Below, piece by piece: positions 23,844-36,000 of a stretch of DNA of 64,000 nt. Position 1 is the first letter of the stretch. Each line of letters begins with the position of its first letter. The position numbers were made by a program, and so were the translations under genes. The stretch is from Macrostomum lignano. Taxonomy: Eukaryota. Location of the stretch: contig NIVC01000226.1 of NCBI GenBank assembly GCA_002269645.1, forward strand, positions 2,210 through 66,209. Direction: 5' to 3'. Under the pieces are notes generated by a model, which was not told where the DNA came from, searched no databases, and was given only the letters and a program-made list of their open reading frames with translations.

Positions 23844-25852
23844 ATGACGTCATCGAATTCCGCCTCCGCTTTCGCTAGCATCGACTTGGACTCTCTGCTG
23901 GATGAAGGCGGCTCTGCTAGCTTTCAGAGCGCTTTGCGACAGTCTGACCTGCTGTTTGGCGATATTGAGCACAGTGAGATGGCCCTGGACTTGCGCACTG
24001 CGGCTAGGAAGAAGGTGAGACAGACAGTAGGAAAGATTCACCAACTCACCTCTAGAATCGCCCTCGAATCATCTCTAGAATCGCCCCAACTCCCGTCTAG
24101 AGTCGCCCCAACTCACCTCTAGAATCCCCCAACTCACATCTAGAATCGCCCAAACTCAACCCTAGAATCGCCCCAACTCACCTCTAGAATCGCCTCCAAC
24201 TCACCTCCAGAATCGCCCCAAAATCACCCCCAGAATCGCCCCAAAATCATCCCCAGAATCGCCCAAAATCATTTCCAGTATCGCCCCAAAATCACCTCCA
24301 GAATCGCCCCAAGCCCCCAGAATCGCCCCAAAATAATTTCCAAAATCGCCCCAAAATAATTTTCAAAATCGCCCCAAAATCATTTCCAGAATCGCCCCAA
24401 AATCACCTCCAGAATCGCCCCAAAATCACCCCCAGAATCGCCCCAAAATAATTTCCAGAATCGCCCCGAAATAATTTCCAGAATCGCCCCAAAATCACCT
24501 CCAGAATCGCCCCAAAATTACCCCCAGAATCGCCCCAAAATAATTTCCAGAATCGCCCCGAAATCACCCCCAGAATCGCCCTAAAATCACCCTAGAATCG
24601 CCCCAAAATCACCTCTAGAATCGCCCCAAAATCACCTCTAGAATCGCCCCAAAATCACTTCTAGAATCGCCCCAAAATCACCTCTAGAATCGCCCCAAAA
24701 TCACCTCTAGAATCGCCCCAAAATCACCTCTAGAATCGCCCCAAAATCACTTCTAGAATCGCCCCAAAATCACCTCTACAATCGCCCCAAAATCACCCCC
24801 AGAATCGCCCAAAAATCACCCCCAGAATCGCCCCAAAATAATTTCCAGAATCGCCCCGAAATCACCCCCAGAATCGCCCTAAAATCACCCTAGAATCGCC
24901 CCAAAATCACCTCTAGAATCACCCCAAAATCACCTCTAGAATCGCCCCAAAATCACTTCTAGAATCGCCCCAAAATCACCTCTAGAATCGCCCCAAAATC
25001 ACCTCTAGAATCGCCCCAAAATCACCTCTAGAATCGCCCCAAAATCACTTCTAGAATCGCCCCAAAATCACCTCTAGAATCGCCCCAAAATCACCTCTAG
25101 AATCGCCCCAAAATCACCTCTAGAATCGCCCCAAAATCACCCCCAGAATCGCCCCAAAATCACCCCCAGAATCGCCCCAAAATCACCCCCAGAATCGCCC
25201 TAAAATTACCCCAGACTCGCCCCCAAACCCGCAGTCTGAGCAGGTCAGCGGCGTGTTTCGCTCCCAGAAGCGGTGCCCGCAACCGACACGGAGGTGCCGC
25301 AGGCTGCGGGACTCAATCGAGCAGCTCAGCCTGTCCTTGGCCAATGAGGTCGGCCAGTCAGCTCTCTGCCTGTTGGTCACCCTGCGCTGTCGGCTGGCCG
25401 GCCAGCACTGCCTGTCGATTCCAATCTCCAGCTTATGCCGGGTGGCCTCTAGCGGCTGCCAGCTGGACATTCACCTGCAGGAGCATCAGCCTCCGCGAGA
25501 CTCCGCCCTGGCCGCTACCCCCATCGCGTGTATCGAATGCGATTTGAAATTCGATCGGGCAGATGCAGCCGTCTCGCATTTCCAGCGACTGACCAGTTCG
25601 GGCGGCAGGCACCAGCGCTACCGGGTGCTGCTGCTGTGCGGTCAGGCTGGCTGTGGGAAACTGTTCACCAACTACACCAGTAGGATTGCTCACCGGAGCA
25701 GGGTGCACGGCATTGTGTGCCACGACAGGGTGGCCGTGGCCAAGTGTGTGGTTGGGCCAAACAGCCGGCTCTACCAGTTGATTGGTAGGCAGCTGGTAGA
25801 CTGCGGTGCCTATAGGGACAACGGCGAGCTGCCCGGACCTGCGGTTGTTTAA
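23844..25852 (+). CDS. Putative C2H2-type zinc-finger protein; join(23844..24014,25235 or 25244..25852), about 260 aa
   Basis: GC-rich exons. Acceptor TTCCAG at 23807 precedes the ATG at 23844, donor AAG|GTGAGA at 24015, and in-frame acceptors lie at 25234 or 25243. Contains CIEC-x-KFDRADAAVSHF and CGQAGCGKLFTNYTSRIAHRSRVH finger-like motifs. No orthologue recognised. Confidence 0.6.
24040..25215 (+). repeat. 23-nt minisatellite (GAATCGCCCCAAAATCACCTCTA) filling the ZnF intron; related block at 26150-26375
   Basis: About 50 tandem units; the same TAGAATCGCCC core recurs after the gene. Confidence 0.95.
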
Positions 25853-26943
25853 TCTTGCGACTTTTGGCGCGAAGTTTTGTGCCAAGCTTTTGCAATTTTT
25901 TAATATTTTTATCGCAAATCTCCCAGAGCTGCATTTGTTTTATTTTAAACAATTTTTTCAGCATTTTCCTATTTAAAACGCTTTTTGAATCTTTTATAAA
26001 ATATTTGTTACTTGTATAATCACCTTTCAGATCTATCTGATCTTGGAATTCTCGTCATCAAATTAAATTCTCTAAAAGTCGCGTCCAAAATCATCTATAA
26101 ATGCAGTAGATAATGCGACCAGACATTGTTTTTAAAATTCGCCACAACGAGCCTCTAGAATCGCATCCCAACTCACCTCTAGAATCGCCCCCAACTCACC
26201 TCTAGAATCGCCCCAACTCACCTCCAGAATCGCCCCAACTCACCTCTAGAATCGCCCAAACTCACCTCTAGAATCGCCCCCAAGCACGTCTAGAATCGCC
26301 CGAAATCATCTTTAAAATCGCCCTAACTTACCTTGAGAATCGCCCCTAACTCACCTTGAGAATCGCTTTTAGAATCTCTTTGAGCACAGTCAAATTACCT
26401 GAATATATGTAATCACATCTTATCGAAAAATATAAGTTATACTATTATTACTTTTATAAGCGTTTCAGAGTCTATTAAGTTTACAAACGATCTGAAGCTT
26501 CATACTCGTATGCACTCCAAGTTTTTATTTACCAGTTTTAACCTGTGCACTTTATAACAGCCTCGCTTGCGCATTAACACTCTTTCTACATAACACTAAC
26601 TCGCGTTTCCAGTCTGATTGCATTTCTTTTTCAGCATTTTTAATAAGCGAATCTGCGTTTTGATCATCGATTAAGATTTTTTAATATCTGTTTTACACTA
26701 CGAGCTACTACTTGTAAGTAGAGTAGTTTGCAACAGGGCGGAGCAAATTTAGTTAGCAGTAATTTAAAAAAGCTAATTATAAACATTAAAAGTTTTTGTC
26801 TTACCGACAATTTTGAGTTTTAAATGTTGTGTCAATGTTTTTTGCCTTAGTTATTTTTTACGGTTTTAAGAGAAGATCAACTATAAGAGAATATTGTTGA
26901 GCTCTGCATTGTCTAAATAAAGATTTACTGTGCTCATTCTCAG

Positions 26944-27063
26944 CGACTCATTGACAAATTCGACACAGGCCTGGAGGCCGATAGTGCAGAGTTCTGCCCA
27001 GCGAGTGTCGAAAGTCAGACGCCGAGGTTTTTGGCCTGCGGATGCTATCGGTACGATGAACCG
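26944..27063 (+). CDS. DPH7: DPH7 exon 1 (starts at a splice acceptor, phase 0)
   Basis: CATTCTCAG|CGA CTC ATT GAC... [19 protein letters not shown]...[11 protein letters not shown], donor GTAGGG at 27064. Confidence 0.9.
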
Positions 27064-30000
27064 GTAGGGAGCTGCGCTTTCATCTTCACGATTGTAGATT
27101 TGATACTGATAGTGGTAGATTTGATACTGATAGTGGTAGATTTGATACTGATAGTGGTAGATTTGATACTGATAGTGGTAGATTTGATACTGATAGTGGT
27201 AGATTTGATAATGATAGTGGTAGATTTGATACTGATAGTGGTAGATTTGATACTGATAGTGGTAAATTTGATACTGATAGTGGTAGATTTGATACTGATA
27301 GTGGTAGATTTGATACTGATAGTGGTAGATTTGATACTGATAGTAGTAGATTTGATACTGATAGTGGTAAATTTGATACTGATAGTGGTAGATTTGATAC
27401 TGATAGTGGTAGATTTGATACTGATAGTGGTAGATTTGATACTGATAGTGGTAGATTTGATACTGATAGTGGTAGATTTGATACTGATAGTGGTAGATTT
27501 GATACTGATAGTGGTAGATTTGATACTGATAGTGGTAAATTTGATACTGATAGTGGTAGATTTGATACTGATAGTGGTAGATTTGATACTGATAGTGGTA
27601 GATTTGATACTGATAGTGGTAGATTTGATACTGATAGTGGTAGATTTGATACTGATAGTGGTAAATTTGATACTGATAGTGGTAGATTTGATACTGATAG
27701 TGGTAGATTTGATACTGATAGTGGTAAATTTGATACTGATAGTGGTAGATTTGATACTGATAGTGGTAGATTTGATACTGATAGTGGTAAATTTGATACT
27801 GATAGTGGTAAATTTGATACTGATAGTGGTAAATTTGATACTGATAGTGGTAGATTTGATACTGATAGTGGTAGATTTGATACTGATAGTGGTAGATTTG
27901 ATACTGATAGTGGTAGATTTGATACTGATAGTGGTAGATTTGATACTGATAGTGGTAGATTTGATACGGATAGTGGTAGATTTGATACTGATAGTAGTAG
28001 ATTTGATACTTTAGATGGTAGATTTGATACTGATAGTGGTAGATTTGATACTGATAGTGGTAGATTTGATACTGATAGTGGTAGATTTGATACTGATAGT
28101 GGTAGATTTGATACTGATAGTGGTAAATTTGATACTGATAGTGGTAGATTTGATACTGATAGTGGTAGATTTGATACTGATAGTGGTAGATTTGATACTG
28201 ATAGTGGTAAATTTGATACTGATAGTAGTAGATTTGATACTTTAGATGGTAGATTTGATACTTGAGATGGTAGATTAAACCCTTGAAATGGTAGATTTGA
28301 TTCTTGACATTGTGTAGATTTGATTTTTAAAATGGTAGATTTGATTTTTGAAATATTAGATTTGACTAGCAATCTTCGCCCCCCGATGGGGGACATCTGG
28401 ATAGAATCTCTGTTCTCTACAATTAACAAAAAGACAGCCAAAAAATCCTTCACAAAAGCAACAGACAAACTGCTAAAATGAAGTGAATTGCAATAAGAAA
28501 TCTTCCCAAGACCACAAGCATCCCCCAGATAGCAAGCATCCTCCAGATAGCAAGCATTCTCCCAGATAGCAAGCATTTCCCAGATAGCAAGCATCCCCAA
28601 GATAGCAAGCATCCTCCAGATAGCAAGCATCCCCCAGATAGCAAGCATCCCCCAGATAGCAAGCATCCCCCAGATAGCAAACATCCCCCAGATAGCAAGC
28701 ATTCCCCAGATAGCAAGCATTCCGCAGATAGCAAGCATCCCCAGATAGCAAGCATCCCCAAGATAGCAAGCATCCCTCAGATAGCAAGCATACCCCAAGA
28801 TAGCAAGCATCCCTCAGATAGCAAGCATACCCCAGATAGCAAGCATCCCCCAGATAGCAAGCATCACTCAGATAGCAAGCATCCCTCAGATAGCAAGCAT
28901 CCCCCAGATAGCAAGCATCCCCCAGATAGCAAGCATTCCCCAGATAGCAAGCATTCCCCAGATAGCAAGCATCCCCAGAAAGCAAGCATCCTCCAAATAG
29001 CAAGCATCCCCAAGATAGATAGCATCCCCAAATAGCAACCATCCACCAGACAATAAGTAGCTAGAGCGACAATTTCCTTAGCTTTATAGTGGCTCCTTTA
29101 AATTGGCATGGCGCTTTATACCTTTACATTTGAAATTGGATATCTTGAATGTTTGACATGGTGGCTATTTTATGTTTGACATAGTGGCTCTTCTATGTTT
29201 GACATGGTGGCTCTTTTATGTTTGACATAGTGGCTCTTTTATGTTCGACATGGTGGCTCTTCTATGTTTGACATGGTGGCTTTTTTAGGTTTGACATGGT
29301 GGCTCTTTTATGTTTGACATGTTGACTTTTTTATGTTCGACACGGTGGCTTTTTAATGTTCGACATGGTGGCTCTTTTAGGTTTGAACCGGTGGCTCTTT
29401 AATGTTTGACATGGTGGCTCTTTAATGTTCGACATGGTGGCTCTTTTATGTTCGACATGGTGGCTCTTTAATGTTTGACATGGTGGCCCTTTAATGGTTA
29501 ACATGGCGGCTCTTTAATTTTCGAAATGGTGGCTCCTTAATTTTCGAAATGGTGGCTGTTTTATGTTTGACATGGTGGCTCTTTAATGTTCGACATGGTG
29601 GCTCTTTAATGTTTGACATGGTGGCCCTTTAATGGTTAACATGGCGGCTCTTTAATTTTCGAAATGGTGGCTCCTTAATTTTCGAAATGGTGGCTGTTTT
29701 ATGTTTGACATGGTGGCTCTTTAATGTTCGACATGGTGGCTCTTTAATGTTTGACATGGTGTCTGTTTTATGTTTGATATGGTGGCTCTTTAATGTTCGA
29801 CATGGTGGCTCTTTAATGTTTGACATGGTAACTCTTTTATGTTTGATATTGTGGCTCTTTAATGTTCGACATGGTGGCTCTTTAATGTTCGACATGGTGG
29901 CTCTTCTATGTTTGACATGGTGGCTCTTTAATGTTTGACATGGTGGCTCTATTATGTTTGACATGGTGGCTCTTCTATGTTTGACATGGTGGCTTTTTTA

Positions 30001-33000
30001 GGTTTGACATGGTGGCTCTTTTATGTTTGACATGTTGGCTTTTTAATGTTTGACATGGTGGCTTTTTAATGTTCGACATGGTGGCTCCTTTAGGTTTGAA
30101 ATGGTGGCTCTTTAATATTTGACAAGGTGGCTCTTTAATGTTCGACATGGTGGCTCTTTTAGGTTTGAACCGGTGGCTCTTTAATGTTTGACATGGTGTC
30201 TGTTTTATGTTTGACATGGTGGCTCTTTAATGTTCGACATGGTGGCTCTTTAATGTTCGACATGGTGGCTCTTTAATTTTTAACATGGTGACTCTTTTAT
30301 GTTCGACATGGTGGCTCCTTAAGGTTTGAAATATTGGCTCTTTAATGTTTAACATGGTGGCTTTTCTATGTTCGACATGGTGGCTTTTCTATGTTCGACA
30401 TGGTGGCTCTTGTATGTTCGACAGGGTCGCTCTTTTAGGTTTGAAATGGTGGCTCTTTAATATTTGACAAGGTGGCCCTTTAATGTTTAACATAGCGGCT
30501 CTTAAATTTTCGAAATGGTGGCTCCTTAATTTTCGAAATGGTGGCTGTTTTAGGTTTGACATGGTGGCTCTTTAATTTTTAACATGGTGGCTCTTTTAGG
30601 TTTGAAACGGTGGCTCTTTAATGTTTGACATGGTGGCTTTTCTATGTTCGACATGGTGGCTCTTGTATGTTCGACATGGTGGCTTCTTTAGGTTTGAAAT
30701 GGTGGCTCTTTAATATTTGACAAGGTGGCTCTTTAATGTTCGACATGGTGGCTCTTTAATGTTTGACATGGTGGCTCTTTTAGGTTTGAAATGGTAGGTC
30801 TTTAATGCTTGACAATGTGGCTCTTTAATGTTTGACATGGTGGCTCTTTAATGTTCGACATGGTGGCTCTTTAATGTTTGACATGGTAACTCTTTTATGT
30901 TTAATATGGTGGCTCTTTTATGTTCGACATGGTGGCTCTTTAATGTTTGACATGGTGGCTATTGAATGTTTGACATGGTAACTATTTTAGGTTTGAAATG
31001 GTGGGTCTTTAATGCTTGACAATGTGGCTCTTTAATGTTTGACATGGTGGCTATTGAATGTTCGACATGGTTGCTCTTTAATGTTCGACATGGTGGCTCT
31101 TTAATGTTTGACATGGTAACTCTTTTATGTTTGATATGGTGGCTCTTTTATGTTCGACATGGTGGCTCTTTAATTTTCGACATGGTGGCTCCTTTAGGTT
31201 TGAAATGGTGGCTCTTTAATGTTTGACATGGTGGCTCTTCTATGTTCGACATGGTGGCTCTTTAATGTTCGACATGGTGGCTCTTTAATTTTTAACATGG
31301 TGACTCTTTTATGTTCGACATGGTGGCTCCTTAAGGTTTGAAATATTGGCTCTTTAATGTTTAACATGGTGGCTTTTCTATGTTCGACATGGTGGCTTTT
31401 CTATGTTCGACATGGTGGCTCTTGTATGTTCGACATGGTGGCTCTTTTAATGGTCGACATGGTGGCTCTTTAATGTTCTTCATGTTGGCTCTTTTATGTT
31501 TGACATGGTGGCTTTTTTATGTTTGACATGGTGGCTCTTTTATGTTCTACATAGCTGCTCTTTTATGTTCGACATTGTGGCTCTTGTATGTTCGACAGGG
31601 TCGCTCTTTTAGGTTTGAAATGGTGGCTCTTTAATATTTGACAAGGTGGCCCTTTAATGTTTAACATGGCGGCTCTTAAATTTTCGAAATGGTGGCTGTT
31701 TTATATTTGACATGGTGGCTCTTTAATGTTCGACATGGTGGCTCTTTAATGTTCTTAATGGTGTCTGTTTTATGTTTGACATGGTTGCTCTTTTATGTTC
31801 GACATGGTGGCTCTTTAATTTTTAACATGGTAACTCTTTTATGTTTGATATGGTGGCTCTTTTATGTTCGACATGGTGGCTCTTGTATGTTCGACATGGT
31901 GGCTTCTTTAGGTTTGAAATGGTGGCTCTTTAATATTTGACAAGGTGGCTCTTTAATGTTCGACATGGTGGCTCTTTTAGGTTTGAAATGGTGGGTCTTT
32001 AATGCTTGACAATGTGGCTCTTTAATGTTTGACATGGTGGCTCTTTAATGTTCGACATGGTGGCTCTTTAATGTTTGACATGGTAACTCTTTTATGTTTG
32101 ATATGGTGGCTCTTTTATGTTCGACATGGTGGCTCTTTAATGTTTGACATGGTGGCTCTTTAATGTTTGACATGGTAACTCTTTTATGTTTGATATGGTG
32201 GCTCTTTTATGTTCGACATGGTGGCTCTTGTATGTTCGACATGGTGGCTTCTTTAGGTTTGAAATGGTGGCTCTTTAATATTTGACAAGGTGGCTCTTTA
32301 ATGTTTGACATGGTGGCTCTTTAATGTTTGACATGGTGGCTCTTTTAGGTTTGAAATGGTGGCTTTTTAATGTTTGACAATGTGGCTCTTTAATGTTTGA
32401 CATGGTGGCTTTTTAATGTTCGACATGGTGGCTCTTTTAGGTTTGAACCGGTGGCTCTTTAATGTTTGACATGGTGGCTCTTTAATGTTTGACATGGTGT
32501 CCGTTTTATGTTTGACATGGTGGCTCTTTAATGTTCGACATGGTGGCTCTTTTAGGTTTGAACCGGTGGCTCTTTAATGTTTGACATGGTGGCTCTTTAA
32601 TGTTTGAAATGGTGGCTCTTTAATGTTCGACATGGTGGCTCTTTAATTTTTAACATGGTGACTCTTTTATGTTCGACATGGTGGCTCCTTTAGGTTTGAA
32701 ATATTGGCTCTTTAATGTTTAACATGGTGGCTTTTCTATGTTCGACATGGTGGCTTTTCTATGTTCGACATGGTGGCTCTTGTATGTTCGACATGGTGGC
32801 TCTTTTATGTTCGACATGGTGGCTCTTGTATGTTCGACAGGGTCGCTCTTTTAGGTTTGAAATGGTGGCTCTTTAAAATTTGACAAGGTGGCCCTTTAAT
32901 GTTTAACATAGCGGCTCTTAAATTTTCGAAATGGTGGCTCCTTAATTTTCGAAATGGTGGCTGTTTTAGGTTTGACATGGTGGCTCTTTAATGTTCTTAA

Positions 33001-36000
33001 TGGTGTCTGTTTTATGTTTGACATGGTGGCTCTTTAATTTTTAACATGGTGGCTCTTTTAGGTTTGAAACGGTGGCTCTTTAATGTTTGACATGGTGGCT
33101 TTTCTATGTTCGACATGGTGGCTCTTGTATGTTCGACATGGTGGCTTCTTTAGGTTTGAAATGGTGGCTCTTTAATATTTGACAAGGTGGCTCTTTAATG
33201 TTCGACATGGTGGCTCTTTAATGTTTGACATGGTGGCTCTTTTAGGTTTTAAATGGTGGGTCTTTAATGCTTGACAATGTGGCTCTTTAATGTTTGACAT
33301 GGTGGCTCTTTAATGTTCGACATGGTGGCTCTTTAATGTTTGACATGGTAACTCTTTTATGTTTAATATGGTGGCTCTTTTATGTTCGACATGGTGGCTC
33401 TTTAATGTTTGACATGGTGGCTTTTGAATGTTTGACATGGTAACTATTTTAGGTTTGAAATGGTGGGTCTTTAATGCTTGACAATGTGGCTCTTTAATTT
33501 TCGACATGGTGGCTCCTTTAGGTTTGAAATGGTGGCTCTTTAATGTTTGACATGGTGGCTCTTCTATGTTCGACATGGTGGCTCTTTAATGTTCGACATG
33601 GTGGCTCTTTAATTTTTAACATGGTAACTCTTTTATGTTCGATATGGTGGCTCTTTTATGTTCGACATGGTGGTTCTTTAATGTTCGACATGGTGGCTCC
33701 TTTAGGTTTGACATGGTGGCTCTTCTATTGCGCTTTTTTTATGTTTAGCAGTTTTTTTGTTTTTAAGGTGTTTTAATAAAAAAATTATTTTGCGCTTCTA
33801 AGATTCGAACCCAGGTCGCTACATTAGCATTCCAGTCTGTTCGCATCAGGGCTATCTCTTTTCAATTGGAGAACATGAATTGTGGCCTTTATAATTCAAT
33901 TCTTACAGCAAGTCAATTGGAGTAAAAAGTTATGACATAATCAATTTCTCAGTCAGCCAGTATCAGTCTCACTTCGAGTTAGCAATATGGTTACGCAATT
34001 TCAATCAAGTCGTGTGTGCATTTCTTCGGCACTGTTTTCAACTTGTTGTGATGCAATCTTTATCAGAATTGAAATTCAGTCAGTCAGTTTTTTCTCTAGC
34101 ATTCTTACAATGCATTTCAAGTCGAAAATTTGGCTTGACCTTTGCAAAAAGCGTGTTTTTCGAATATTTAATCCCTTTAACATTGAGCAATTTCTTAGCC
34201 AAGATGCATGTACTGTGCCAGGAAAATTTCTGATCGAATGATGCAAGTTTGAAGAAAATCGGTTGAGCCGTTTTTTCTGAAATCAATCGCATACCCATAT
34301 ACATACATACATACAGACAACTCATTTTTAGTATATAGGACTAGCCATTTAGCCCCCCTCCGGGTGGCTTCTTAGCAGTTTAGCGCTTGTCTATAAGCAG
34401 TTTTGCACAGTCGCTGAGCAAATCTCACTAATCTCTGAGAAGTTCTGCAGTAGCAAATCTCTAAGCAGTTGTACACCAATTTTACTGAGACTAAAAAGTT
34501 CTAAAAAGTTACATTTCTTAATGTTTGAAACTTTGCAATGTCAATTCATTTATAGTTCTTTTATAATTATTCGTTATTTTCAAATTCTTACCAGATTAGC
34601 ACTATTCTCCCATATTAGCCCTACACCCCCAGATTAGCCCCACTTCCCCCAGATTAGCACTACTCCTCCCATATTAGCCGCACACCCCCAGATTAGCCCC
34701 ACTCTCCCGAGATTAGCACTACGCCTAGATTAGCACTGCGCCCAGATTAGCACTCAGCCCAGATTAGCACTCAGCCCAGATTAGCACTCAGCCCAGATTA
34801 GCACTCAGCCCAGATTAGCACTCAGCCCAGATTAGCACTCAGCCCAGATTAGCACTCAGCCTAGATTAGCACTCAGCCTAGATTAGCACTCAGCCTAGAT
34901 TAGCATTCAGCCCAGATTAGCACTCAGCCTAGATTAGCACTCAGCCCAGATTAGCACTCAGCCTAGATTAGCACTCAGCCCAGATTAGCACTCAGCCTAG
35001 ATTAGCACCGCTCCACAGATTACCGCCGCTTCCCAGATAGTTTTACCTTCCCAGATTTGCACTACTTCTCCAGATTTGCACCACTCCGCAAAAATTCGCA
35101 CCGCTACTTCCTCCAGATTAGCCCCAATCCCCCAGATTAGCCCAATCCCCCAGATTAGCCCCAATCCCCCAGATTAGCCCCAATCCCCCAGATTAGCCCC
35201 CCCCCACTCCTTTATATTGGCCCCACTCCCTTAGATAGCACCGCTCCCCAGATTAGCACCACTCCCAAACTGCTAAAAGGTGACTACTATTATCGCCTCA
35301 GAAGTTTAAAGTTAAACCCTCCCCAGAAATTGGCAGTTATCCCCACAACAACCTGAAATTATCCCTTCTAATTCCGCAAAACAGACTGCAGTCATACAAC
35401 TCATTTGCACTCTACAACTTTTATTATTATTATTCATTTATCCTTCAGGGACCCAGAATTGTCCCTTCTGCAAGCTACAATTATTCACAGTTAGATATCC
35501 TCCTCAGAAGTCTGCCATTATTATCCTAGCAGTCTGCAGCTATCCCCTCGGCAGTTTGCAGCTTATACGCTCATAAGTCTCGAGAAACTAACCAACGTCA
35601 GCAGTTTGCAGTTTGTCCCCTTTGCAGTCTGCAATGATCCCTTCAACAATCTGCAGTTCCCCTCAGTAGTCTGCAGTCAATTAATTTGCAGTCAGCAAGT
35701 GTTTCCTTAATAATTCTCATTTATCCCCTCAGCAGTCTGCAGTTCTCTCAGCTGGCCCCTCAGTATTCTCAGCAAACTGCAATGATATTTTCAATGATTT
35801 AAAAATTGTCCCCCACAGACATGAACAGACATGAACCTTTTACGACGGCGCACTAATCAATTTTCGATACAATATTGGCAGTCTTGCGCAACTCAGCATT
35901 TAGCAATAACTCAGCAGTTTAGCAGCATCGTCTACAGCAATGATCTTTTCAACAATGTAGAAATTAGCTCAGCATTTTATGGCTCACTAATCGATTTTCG

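Larger units (their letters stand above)
28366..34340 (-). mobile_element. Non-autonomous Helitron, family A copy 2 (6.0 kb)
   Basis: Minus strand: 5' TCCTATATACTAAAAATGAG at 34340, 3' CCCCC-ATC-GGGGGG hairpin then CTAG|T at 28366. Same unique segments and same 21-nt and 18-nt arrays as 14386-19066. Confidence 0.9.

Noticed and set aside
25800-26944. ZnF-DPH7 fusion through a phase-0 donor near the end of the ZnF ORF
   Set aside because: Only weak donors are available (CTG|GTAGAC, GCG|GTTGTT), the ZnF ORF has its own stop, and DPH7 is already full length. It cannot be fully excluded without cDNA.
27031-28810. Long ORFs (327 aa VVDLILI, 574 aa SVSNLPL) and similar periodic ORFs at 15.7-18.9, 20.6-21.5, 22.7-23.4, 37.5-39.2 and 41.9-42.8 kb
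   Set aside because: They are translations of stop-free tandem repeats lying in introns or intergenic DNA. Only the short flanking exon portions are real.
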